This document shows, piece by piece, positions 41,939 through 55,456 of a stretch of DNA of 64,000 nt. A model generated the notes under the pieces. That model ran no database searches. It saw only the letters and a program-made list of their open reading frames with translations, and was not told the DNA's origin. The position numbers and the translations under genes are program-made. Positions within the stretch are counted from its first letter, which is position 1, and each line of letters begins with the position of its first letter. Source of the DNA: Chrysomallon squamiferum (lineage: Eukaryota > Animalia > Mollusca); contig CM022670.1 of the NCBI GenBank assembly GCA_012295275.1, positions 9,300,001-9,364,000 of the forward strand. Reading direction: 5' to 3'.

Positions 41939-43445
41939 CTTTTGACAGTGTGTTTTCTATGGTTTTTGTTTGTCTCTTTATTTGTTAATGACATGTCTAT
42001 AATTTTGAAATTAATATATTTGTTTTGAAAATATTAAAGTTAATGATTATAAATTAGAAAAATCAATCAAAAAGCCACAAAGAACACCAAAGAAAACCAA
42101 ATACATAAGTACATTCATTCATTCATACATACGTACATGCATACATACATACATACACACACACATACACATATACATACATTCACCTCCTATTCACACA
42201 CAGATATTAGGTGTTGAAGATCTTTAAATAAGAGCTGCCAAGTAAAACACAGCCACACACACACACACACACAACATACACGACATACACATTGACACAT
42301 TGCATTTTGTGTAGAAGATCTTTAAATAAGAACTGCTAACTGAAACAAACACACATACACAGACACAAGATACACATACACAGACAGACATACAGAGAGA
42401 TAAACACATATACATGGTGACACATGTTGCATATTGTTTCATTGGCACTCAATTAGTACCTTGTTAAGCATTCCTCTTCCAGGTGTGTGTGTGTGTGTTT
42501 GAGAGAGAGAGAGAGAGAGAGTTGTGAGCCAGTAATAATTTTCATTTTCAAGGCACACTTGTTTTTAATCCTAAAACTGCCCATCATGAAGTAAACAGCC
42601 ATTAGTGTGCATAGCAATTCGAGGAAGAATGGTTATGTGTGGACAGAACAAATTACCAGTGACAGTAATGTCTAATTTCCCTGTGGTGAAATATTCTTTT
42701 TCATATTGCTTCCTCATGTTACTGGGATGTTCATTATTCTGTTGTCAAAATAGACAAGACTGTCTCTCTGCATGCTTGGATGTGTGTGTGTGTGTGTGTG
42801 ATGTGTAATGTATGGATATATAAATGTGTGTATATGTATCTGTATGTAATGTATATGTGTATTTATGTAATGTATGTGTGTGTATGTATGTATGTAATGT
42901 GTGTATGTATGTGTGTATGTAATGTAATGTAATGTAATGTATGTATGTATGTATGTATGTATATACGTACGTATGTATGTGTGTATGTATGTATCTCTGA
43001 GTGTGTGGGTGTGTCTACTGATGAGCCACACACAGGTGGTAGTAAATCCTGGATTACCTGTCATAGAGAAATGTTTTATTATGTAATTACTTAGAGAAAA
43101 TCTTTAAATAAATTTATTTTATCTTTGATAGTATGTATATAAATAATCTGTGCAATAAGAGATGCCTGGTAAAGAGCGGTTATTAAATGTTTGAAAGATT
43201 AACAGAAAGTATGCATATATAGAGTTCAGTAATAAAATGTACATAGGTAGAAGTTGATAATAAAATTTACATACTCATGTATGAAACTATTTCAGTGAAA
43301 AAAAAAACGTTAGTGTGTTCACACATGACATCTGGATCCCAAATGCTGGCTGACAGAATAAATTAAATTATGTTTGTTTTCATTATTATTTATAATGATT
43401 TATTATTTATTTTATTGTATTATTATTTTAACATTATTTTCACAG

Positions 43446-43526
43446 GAATTTCTGAATTTCATCCAGTACATTGGCAACATCATTATTTTGATTCTGTGGC
43501 TGATCAGTGTTATCTATATACACCAT
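43446..43526 (+). CDS. CPES-like coding exon 3 (EFLNFIQYIGNIIILILWLISVIYIHH)
   Basis: ttttcacAG| ... CAT|GTAAGT. 81 nt, phase 0-0, TM helix. Confidence 0.88.
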
Positions 43527-44239
43527 GTAAGTATTGCTGTTGTTTGTAGATCACATGTAATACAGTCAATTCAAGCTAGACTAGATAATGTTATTAAATT
43601 ATATATATATATATAGTCCTCCAAGATGTCAGTGTGATTTATATGTGTGTATGTGTGTATTATTATTTTATTTATATATATATATATATATATTTATAAA
43701 ACTTTTTTTTTTGTGGATTACTGGGTAATTGCTTTTTAAATTACTTGAAGCCAAATGAAATCAAAAGATATAATGAAAAAACAAATTATTATTTTGTGGA
43801 TGACAGTTATCTCGAGTTACTTTACTATTTTTGTGTAATTTGATAATGATGTTGTTAACCTTTGGTCAGCAAAACAGGAATCTGCCATGTAGTTCATATT
43901 TCATGTGGGTTGTGTGTTTAAATTACATTATTAAAATTATTATTAAATTATTATTATAATTATTATTAAATTATTATTGTTATAATTATTATTATTATAG
44001 TTTTGGTTAAAAATATTAAAAAGAAAATAGTTAATGAAACTATAATATTAATACTGACTTGGGAAAAGTAATCAACAGTTGAAACAATAGCATGGTTTCA
44101 TTGTAATTAATTATGTTTCTGTACCTGTTATAAAGTTGGTTAAAAAAAAAAAAATAATAATAATTATTTAACATGTATGTGTGTATGTAGTGTCATTGTA
44201 TGTATATAAAATTATTGTTGAGCTGTTTTTATTTTTCAG

Positions 44240-44263
44240 CTGCATTCCTTGCTGCATATGTGA
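44240..44263 (+). CDS. CPES-like terminal coding exon (LHSLLHM*); total 340 aa
   Basis: tttttatttttcAG| acceptor, then 7 codons and TGA. Confidence 0.7.
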   Translation: MHSLLHM

Positions 44264-44372
44264 GCTTTCCGTCCATTTACCACAGGAGGAAATGTTTTTA
44301 AATTTTTGTGTGTACACCTCTATCTTTTGAAGCAGCTTTGGATATATCTATATATATCTATATATATTTATA

Positions 44373-44451
<79 letters not shown>

Positions 44452-46270
44452 ATATATATACATATATGTATATGTGTGTGGTGTAGTCACAGTTTGTTGA
44501 TAATGATGGTAAAAATTTAATTCTATTCCTTGCCAGAATTCCATTCTTTCTTCTATATCGTTTTTTTTTTTTTTTTTTTTTTTTTTTTCACTTTGGTGCA
44601 GATTGTGTCTTTCATGGAAACAAAAAAAAAAACCTATATAGTCAATAAAAGTAGACTGATATTTTTATTTTATTTTGTACTGGATAATTATTTAACAGAG
44701 TAAAAAATAAAATCTTTAAAAAGTTTAAAAAATAAAAAATATTGACCAACAGCAGAAAAAAAAACCCTCCAACAACCTAACATTGAGTGTTTTGCGTTTT
44801 GAATACTACTTGCATATATTTGCATATTTTATGATAACACCTGATGGTGTTGTGTGTATATATTAAAGAGAAAGTGGATGTAAATGTATTTATAAAATCT
44901 ACTGGTCAGTAGTTGCAGTTGTGTCAAACAGAACGTTATTGACACATTAACTCATGCTTATACACATGTTGAGAATCTTCATACAATACAATAGATACAC
45001 AGGAACCTCGAAATAGATATTATTTTCATTATTCTCAGTTATTATATATGCCTTATATATTATAAAATAATAATAATAAAATAAGCCCCCCATAAAAATT
45101 ACTTTTTTTTTTTTTTTTTTTTTTTTGCTTTTATTTAACATTATTACTCTGTTGACATGTAAAACATATAATCTGATTTTGAATTGTAATTTTAGAAATA
45201 ATTATGTAAGTAAATAAATATACCAATACATTAATACTATTTTTTTTTTTTTTTTTTTTTGCTTTTAAAAACTGTACCAGGTAAATAAACAAATGTACAT
45301 ATTAATAAAGTGAAAATAAAATAAATAACAATTAAATAATAATAATAAAACTTGTAAATACTAGGAAATAAAGAGATAACTGTACTGTCATACATTTAAT
45401 TAATTTACTGTTTTACTACATACAGTAGTTAGCAGTAGAATAGGTGAATAAATAACAGTAAAATAAATGTCAAGCACATTCAGCAGAAAGGATTATTTTG
45501 TACTAAATTACAGCAAACAGACCCTTTGCTGGTCCCATTAATCAACTTTGATGAATGATGCTTCTAATTGATACAAATTCTAAATCCAGTTATTTACACA
45601 TTAGTTATCAAATTTCATGCATTTAGGAGTCTTGTCTGTTATATGCTAAACAGAATTCATATACACATTTTCCCATAACATGGAAAATATTTTAGAACAT
45701 ATAAAATTAAGTGTATTATTTAAAAAAAAAAAAAAAATAATAATAATAATAATATGTTAATAATGGCGCCAGTTAATTTTTATTTTTATTTATTTATTTT
45801 TTTAATTTCGTCTGGAAATTCTGAATGCTTTAAGAAAGAAAGTTAATAATAATAGTTATGATAACAAAAACAGTCCAATTCATATAATTAATCTTTCAGA
45901 ATATATTTTGGTGATTTCAGCTTTTGGTCATTTAAATATTAAATCATTTATATGTTTTAAAATGAGGCAAAACTACTGAAATACAATACCTAAAAACATG
46001 AAAAGTAAGAATTGTCTTGTATTTTATTATTTTGCTTGCACAGTTGTAGATTTAAGGGAAATGAGGTTCATTTTATTTTCATGTTTTGAAAGTGCTATTT
46101 ATTTTTGCCTCTATTTTCTTTACTTTTGTATTATCATATATTCTGTTTGGTTTTGTGGCTGTTCTTTAATATTGTGGTATTGTGGAAATCTTGGGTTAAT
46201 ATAATTATTTATATTATTCAAAAAATATATATATATATTTATTTTTTTATTTATATTTTTATATTATTAT

Positions 46271-46307
<37 letters not shown>

Positions 46308-46819
46308 TTTTGGGGTAGGGGTATGGATTCATGAACTACCTCAAAATGCTGGTCACAAAACCAAACGTCAATATCCAGTGTGAAGTTACAAATTATATAT
46401 TGTTAGTGCTGTTTTTCTTCTTTTTTCTTTTTGATATTATTATTCTACTGATGTTTTATTTATTTATTTATAATTTTTTGCATATTTGTTCTGTTTTCCA
46501 CCAAAATACTTACTGGCTCTTTGTTTAGATAATTAATTATCTGGTAATTATACACGTATTTACAGATGTGAACAAAAACAATTAATTATAGCACAGTGCA
46601 CTTCATTGACCTCATAGAATTATATATATATATATTTTTTTTTTTAAAGAAAAGGAAAGGAAAAAAGGGTATAAAATAAATTTATTTGTTTATTTAATAT
46701 CATTTTTACATCTTAAATAAGAGATATCTGGCTACAAAGACTGTCAGAAATGGTAGAATGTATTTCAATTTTATAAGCCTATTGAAAACAGGTATGTGCA
46801 GTATTACTTTACAACTTTA

Positions 46820-47330
46820 TAGAAATAGTTTTATTTTTGTGTGTAACACAAACTATTAAACAATATGATAATTATTTTCAAAGTGAAAAAAATAATATAT
46901 TATATTTGTATGAGTAAGATGAGAACCTGTTGACCACTGTATTGTTATTATCATCACTTTCTAGTTAACAAATTGAAGGAATAACAGTTTTTATTTTTGT
47001 GTGTGACACAACATATTTAACAGTTTATTAATAATCTCAAATTAGCAAGTGGAAGTAATATTTTACCTTTTTGCATTAGATAACGGTATATTTTACCACT
47101 ATATTAAACTTGATAATTCAGAATACTAACTGAAATGTTTTATTTTTTGCACTGCCTGTATATTAAACTTGATAATTTTGCATTAACAAGTGGAGAAATG
47201 TTTTTTTCTTTTTTGTTGTTTTTGTTTGGCATTAGACAAATTGTATTTATCCATATAATAAACTGATTAGTAACATATTACTCAGTATATTAAACTGATG
47301 TAAATGTCTAGTTACCAAGTGGTGTTCATG
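46820..47330. repeat. Degenerate minisatellite-like repeats downstream of the CPES-like stop
   Basis: Recurrent ttttatttttgtgtgt(a/g)acaca, tatattaaacttgataatt, caagtgg and gcattaga motifs. Confidence 0.55.
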
Positions 47331-48653
47331 TTGTATGTTTGTGATAAATGTGCTCAACTGCCCTCAGTGTCTTCCTCAAAAACTTGCTAACGTCTGCTGT
47401 TATATTTTTAGTATTCTAAATAAAAGTGCCTATCTTCGTGTTATATCATCTCTGTCTTTATCTTTCATTACAGATAAACTATCAATTTATCAACAGATAC
47501 ATAGATAGAGAGACAGACGTCTGTGTGCATGTGTATGTGTGCGTGGGATGGATACCTTTTATTAATTTATTTTATGAATGTTTTACTTAACAACCACTTC
47601 TGTTCAAAGGGCACTTTCAAGTAGATCTTCTCTGCATAACAGATGATTGGGTTTTGTGTTTTATGTTTTTGTTCTCATTGGTAGCTATGATGTATAGTCA
47701 GACTATAATATATAGTATAAATATATGTATATATATCTATACATATAGATATATATATATATATATTACAGTGTCTTGGATAAAGTTATTGGTGAACTAA
47801 TTTCACCCATGTGGCATAATTTAGGTTTTTTAAAATATATATTTAGCACACGATAAGAAAGGAAACCTATCAAAAAACATAAAAGCAAAACCATGGATTA
47901 TTTTTTATGTAACTGTTTTGCATATAATATATAATTATGTACATTCACACTCACACTCAAACACTTATATTTATATTCTATTTGTAAATACATACATACA
48001 CATACATTACTGGGTTTTATTATTTTTAGATAAATAAAAATATCGTATTCCATTCAATATTTGTACATAACACATATATTTTAAATACAAAAAACACAGA
48101 AGAAGCAGATGATTTGATTGAAAAAAAAAAGGAGAAATACGTACATTATTTTTGTTATAATCCTTTTCAGTTGTTCCATATTCTGTTTGTTACAAGGAAA
48201 AATAATATATTTTTCACAAAAACCTGTTAAAGTTAAGATTATATTGCCTATTTATATGTTATTAATTTTGAAAGCACACCACCACGACACATGCCTTGTT
48301 GAACAGTTAATTTATATGTAAAAAAAAAAAAAAATGGGGTAAAGTTGTATAAAACATTATCTTTCATATATAAAAGTTGTGTGTAGATGTATTTTATGTT
48401 ATTCAAAATTATTAAAATAAAAAAAAGTTAATGCAGATGTAGTAGTTTTTAAAAGATACATATTGTAAATCCAGGCTCTCACTTTCAAAATTGTCTTGCT
48501 GCATCTGCATTATTTAAAAATTATTTTTACAAGATTTTTTGTTGATTCTGAAGTGTTTTACTTTAGATTTTGTGTGAACCATAATATTTTCATCATTGTT
48601 ACGTCATATTTTTAATTTTATTTTTTTTAATAAAATAATTTCTTTTAGTTTTT

Positions 48654-48695
<42 letters not shown>

Positions 48696-49162
48696 TCTCA
48701 ATAATTATAGTTTAGCAACTAAATTGATGAACGGAAAGAGTAACTGTGTTCCATCTTACCTCTCTCATATTCTTCTATAATAATTTTAAATGGTAAAACA
48801 GCTGCTTGTAGTTGGCTCCCAAAAGATATTATTTCAAAAGACTTAAATTAGAAATTAAAAATCTAAATTATTCAAATTTAAAAAAAAATATATATATATA
48901 TTTGTTGTTGTTTTTTTTGAGTAAAAATTCTATGGAATTATGATACTTATGAATGCTGGATGGTTGGTTTTATGGCTAAATAAAAAAAAGTAAATGAATA
49001 TCATTTCAGATGATTTCTCCTCATACATTTATATAATGAAGCATACTATCTGTATAATACCTGTTATACCATTCAAAACACATAATTAAAGTGTGCATTA
49101 TTGTTAAACAGTTATTAATTTAATATTTATTTACACATTTTGTTCAGTGATTGTTTTTATAA

Positions 49163-49202
<40 letters not shown>

Positions 49203-49979
49203 CAACTGGATCTAAAAATTAACAAAAATGAAAAGAGTAAATCAGTTGTTAATAATAATAATGAAACAAAATGATTTATTCATTTTGCTTAATCATGTGA
49301 TGGCTGTATTGTTTGGTCTCAGGTTTTGTTGGCAACTGAAAATTATTATAATGATTGTTAACACTTTTAATTTTATTTGTGTTTGATTTATCAGTGGTTT
49401 TATTCAGTTATATGTATAGCTTTCTAATAATAATGAGTGTATTTAAATAAATAAATAGATAAAAAAAAAAAAAAAAAAAATTGAAAACAAAAAACCCAAA
49501 CAACTTTTGTTTAATTATTCTTCATGTATATTGATTCTTTTTATGATTTTTCACCAGAGTGTATTGTACAATGTATATTTAATTTAACATTTTTCAATAA
49601 TAAATAATGCATTATCAGTTCTGAATTTTTGTTTTATATGTGACTTAATCATGAATGAATGTTTAATGGGAGTGACACCTGCACCTATTTTCATATGAAG
49701 CTGTTAGTACAATTCACGTAGTATCTGACAACTTAATGTTTTAAAATAATTTACTTTCATCATCCTGTTTGTCACCATCGGGGGTCTACTCCTACCAGTG
49801 AAAGTAAATTATCCAAAAATATTAAAAATCTCATAACAAAAGTGAGAAACATTATACATGCACTTTCCCCATAGAACACTGGGGTTACATCTGTTGTTAT
49901 GAGAGCTGAATTCATTTCTTTTATAAATATATGGGATAAAGCTCTTCTCACTCCTTCACATGAATAATTGCACAGTGGG

Positions 49980-50800
49980 TGAAATGGGATTTCACATAAA
50001 TAAAGTGCTGATAAGGAGTCTTGTTAAGGTTAATATCTGTAAGGCAAGTCTACACCTGAAGTTTCTATCTTGTTGATAATTTTAACGTAATCCCCCCAAA
50101 CACACATATATACACACCAAAAAACACACAAATGTCTGAATATGTGTAGAAAATACAAATAATATGAATACATATCATAAAAAGTATTACAGCTATTTCC
50201 AGATTAATGGATTCATCAAATGATACTGATGATAATTATCTATAAAGTAGTCAGAAATAAGTAAATCATGCATCATGGATAAAATAATTTAAATTATTAT
50301 TTTCTTTTCTCTTTGATTTCTTGGTCCTGTTATGCTAATAAAAATAATAAAACTGAGACATTCAGATAAGATTAACACATAATTGTCATTTTTTTTTCTT
50401 CTTTTTTTTTTTTTTTTTTTGATGCCCCCAACCCCCCATCCTGACACATGTGCAATTACACGATAACCTTACTACACTTGATTTTATACTCTTTCAATAT
50501 TAATTTTTATATCTTGACTATCATCACATATTCTGTAACCTTTATTAGGTTCTTCAAATTCAAATGTATTTATTATTTTTATTCTTAAAAACTTCATTTT
50601 TTTTTTTTTCTATTTTCTCTCTTTTGCAGCTTGAAAGAGGAGCCATTGATCCTGGTGATTGCCATATATATTCATATTTTTTTTTTTTCTTCAAAGGACA
50701 AAATTACTTTGCCATTCCAGTTGGTAGGTTCCTGAAGTCTTTGATCCATTTTATAATTAAATCATCTGATTAAAGAATGATTTGATCTGTCAAAAAATGA
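49980..50800 (-). mobile_element. Possible decayed LINE reverse-transcriptase fragments
   Basis: Minus-strand pieces in the expected order: LIIKWIKDF (~LxWIxDF), PGSMAPL (~QGSxLGPL) and DYVKIINKIET (~DDxKIxxxI). Confidence 0.35.
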
Positions 50801-51362
50801 ATGTGATGAACCATATTTTATATTTTTAACTTTTTCTAATATCAGCGATTGGTTCAAAAAAAAAAAAAAAAAAAAATATCATTTATTGACTTTTTTCATT
50901 CAGTCACTAGGGGAGGAAAATGACGCTGATTCAGCTAATGGAAGTATTAAAAAAAAAGGCACATAAAAAGTTAAAATTATATTCACACGACCATTTTCAA
51001 CATTTATTATTATTATTATCGTACAAAAATATTTTCATTAACTCCAACCTTGCAGACAAAACATGACAAAGGAGAGTGCTGGCTTGCTGTGTTTGAATTT
51101 CAGCATTTTAGTTCTTTTGTTTTATAAAATGAAAACTTAAAAGTCTTTAATCCATGTATGTATATCTCATGTAACGTTTGTGTTTCGCTTATAAAAATGT
51201 TCTTTCTTCCACATTATTCATTCACTCGTACGGTTAACAAGCTGGTATTTATTTTTTTGTAGAGAATACTAAAATGAAGGCCGTCTATACTGTAATATAT
51301 TTTGAATGTATTGATGCAATTACAAAAAAAAAAATAATAATAAAAAAAATAAAAAAATAGTA

Positions 51363-51396
<34 letters not shown>

Positions 51397-52461
51397 CAAC
51401 AATAACAACAATAATAATAAATAAATAAATTTAAAAAAAAAAATAAAAATAGAAAAATAAAATATATATTATATTGACATTTATAAAATTTATATTAATG
51501 TTTTTTCTAATTATTTTTTCTGAGGTTGACAGCTGGGTTTTTTTTTTTTTTTTTTTTTTTTTTTGTTGTTGTTGTTGTTGTTGTTTTAATTTTAATTTTA
51601 TTTATTTTATTTATTTATTTATTTTTCGTTTTATTATAAATTTTTACCGGGAAAAGTGGAGAAAGTGCGAATTGTCCCCCTTCTCCCCTATAAAAAAAGA
51701 CCCCGATGGTTCCGACTGCTTTGTAAATAACCGATTATTTGTCATTTTGGGCATGTCATCTAGGAAACAAAAACCCCTAGTTTTAATTAACTATAATGTC
51801 TGCTTGCCTGCAAGCCTCGTTATTTACTTGAGAGCAATTTGCTAGAATATGGACTACATTTAATTACTTTTTTTGACGCCATGCCTTCCGGACTTAAGTA
51901 AAGACGTCAAAATTGGGCCAGTTTACCAGATGAATGAAAGTAATAGGAGACATTTAATCTTAATATCATATTTTATTTTTATTTTTTATTTAATTATTAT
52001 TATTATTATTATTTTTTTTTTTTTTTTTTTTAAATGAGTTTTTCTTAATATGAAATTAATCACAGCTCGATGGCAGATTATTGAATTTAAAATGGCGCCA
52101 TCTGCTTCTCTTATTCATTTATTTAATTATTTTCAAGTCTATATTTTGTTTTTTCAGTGACAAATATATACATGTAGCTCTTACAGAGATACATACATGT
52201 CCAGCAGAAATACGCACAAACGCATATAAAAACTAACATAATCATAGTCAATACATACGATTTCGACCAAACGGCGTATTTTAACACCGTGAAATACCAC
52301 AATAATTAAATGCCAGCCGATACAGCAGCTATTGAAACAATGTCGTTTAATAAATGTTTTCCATTGCTCTTTATATTTATTATTTTTCCATTCGTAAAAT
52401 GGATTACAAATATCTGGTAACAACGGAAGTTTTTTTCCCAAAGGGATTTCTAAAATTCTAC

Positions 52462-52528
<67 letters not shown>

Positions 52529-52573
52529 GTTGTTATTATTATTATCACACACAGACATACACACATTTATTCG

Positions 52574-52611
<38 letters not shown>

Positions 52612-54998
52612 TAATACATGATTGAATCCAGTGGACATTCTTTGTCCTACTTACTTTTTGCTGACTGACTTTTTTTTTTTTATCACCTTCAAAGTGAAAC
52701 TCATCAAAAACCTGGATTCGCCCTTGCTAACTGTGTCACATGACAGTCCGCGTGAGTTTCATCTTTTAACCTCTTCACCCATTACTGTGTTCGACTATGT
52801 TTGTTACAAGCTCTAATTATTAAGTATTGTTCACGTTTTAATTATTAAGTATTGTTCACGTTTTAAATATTGTTTTTTCACGTTTTAATTATTTTTTTAT
52901 ATATATATATATATATATAATATCTGATAGATCTCCCCCAACCCTCCCACCAAAAACAAAACAACAACCCACCCTCCCAAAACAAAACCAGTAAAATAAA
53001 TCGTTAAAAAAAAAAAATGTATATATATTATTATTATTATAATAATAATACACATGAGATACATAATTTTAATATTTATTCTAGATGTGCTACGAAGAAC
53101 GAATAAGAAAAACAACAAATAATTATTCTGTTGTGACACACACACACACATATATATATTTAATCAGATAAATAAACACAAGTCAACAACCACAACAACA
53201 GTTATTTAAACAGTTTTCTACGGACCAGATCAGGGAGAAGATTTAAACAAAAGCTGTTATCATCTCTCCTACTTCTAGTCTGTCACGTGTCTATTATTGC
53301 AGAAATACATCCGCGTTGTTTGATTAAAACGTGAGTAGTACAATACTAATACTAATCTGCAGCTTATCGTAAAAACATGGTTACACATAGACTTAACACT
53401 GAGCGAAAAGGTGAAGAGTTAAATATGTGACGCGTGTGCTTGTGTGCGTGCGCATGCGCATGCGTGTGAGTGTGTGTGTGTGTGTGCGTGTATGTAAAAA
53501 CAAAACACTAATAGAAGAATATTATATACACAGCACGAAGAATTATTTAAATATAAATAACAAGGTTTTATTTGTATTTACGATTGCTGGAATAAAAAAA
53601 TATATATATATATATTTTTTTTGATGGTTTATAATTTCTTATATGTGCATGTTTGTGTGGGTCGGTGTGGACGTGTATGTGCATTTGTGTAGGGTTTTTG
53701 TTTATCTGAATGTAATTAACTACAATATCAGTCAAACCGCATTTAAATACAATACAGAATTAAAACCAATGCAACTTCTTGAAAGACATAATTTATATCT
53801 TCAAAGACACTGCTTGTAATTGGAATGTTATATATATATATATTTTTTTTTTACTGTTAATTATATCAGACTGAATTTGAACCTGCTCGCTTTTCTAATT
53901 TCTTGCAAGTAAAAGAGCAAATTTTACACCACAGACGATAAATTAAACAAAACGAAAAAAAAAAAAAAAAAAAACCATCTGTTCTCTTGTATTAAAGTCA
54001 AATAGGTTCTAGTTATTACTTTGGCAGTTTATCGATTGGTAATGATTTTGCTGGAAGATTATCAATAACTGTAATCCAGCTTGAATCTCAGCTGTCCAAA
54101 CTAAAAGACGAATGAAAATAAATAAATGAAAAAAGCCGTTTGGTCGGGCAGGTCGAGTAATCGTCATTGTAGTGGTGACAAATCGACAAATTTAAAAAGT
54201 CTACGGAGTAAAATCTACATTTTAGAATTTTATATATATATATATATATTTTTTTTTCTTTCTTTTGCTTTACGTGTTGATGTTATACAGGATAATGTAG
54301 AATTTAATACAGTATTGTTTTCTAACACTTGAAACATTCCTGTCAGTCAAAATCCTCTTAAGCGCACAAAAATAGCCTCAATGAAAACAAAAACAACAAA
54401 AAAATGATCAACTCAGAAAACACACACACACACACACAAAGAGAGAGAGAAAGAAAAGAAAACGTTTAAAAAAAAAATCATTTTTTTTTTTTAGTAAAAA
54501 CATATTTTAAAAAGTAAACTAATCATGAAAAGGTTTGAAATTTGCGCCTTACATATATGAACATAAAATTTTTTCAGTAGATTTCACATACTTGTACAAA
54601 ATAATTATTTATTTTAATAAACGCACATTTGTCACTGCCTGCTGTGATTGATCTGTTGTTGTAATTATATCTCAGCATTAAGTGTATTTGAGACGCCGTC
54701 CAGTCGTGTGTGTGTGTGTCTTGTTATCATTCAGATCTTTGAGTTTATTAAATGATATAGGCTAGTAAAATCCAGGCGACTGAAGGTCATGAAATATTTA
54801 CAAATGGCCGCCAAATTTGCATATCATTAACCTGAACTGCGTAAACACAACGCAGAGGGTTTTGTAAACACAGATTACTCTTAACAGTTTGAACGTCCGT
54901 CTAAATTTACTGGTTAAAAAAATAATAAATAATAATAATAAAAGAAAAAAATAAATTTGGAAAGGGAGTATTTAAAATAATCCTTTTGCTGATTCTGT

Positions 54999-55037
<39 letters not shown>

Positions 55038-55397
55038 TTCGTTTATTCGTTTGGTTGGTTTCTTATTTGTTTATTTAGGTGTGCTTATTCGCTTACTGGG
55101 ATGCTTTTTATTTTTTTTTTTTTTTTTATTTTGCTTTATTTTATAAAATATTTCAGAGTTGGCTTAATGATTTTCTTTGTCATCTTAGTACGGACATGAA
55201 TAAATCTAGTGTAAAAATAATTTCACCTTGTGTTTAATCCATTGTTGCACTAAATGATGATGATGTCGGGTTTCATTTATTGTTTCCTTCATATTCACAG
55301 CATTTTAGCTAAAGCGGAAATGATAAGCCATCAAAAAGCAGGTTAATGTATCAAATATATTTTACGAATTGACACGTAAATACTACACTGCAAAATA

Positions 55398-55456
<59 letters not shown>

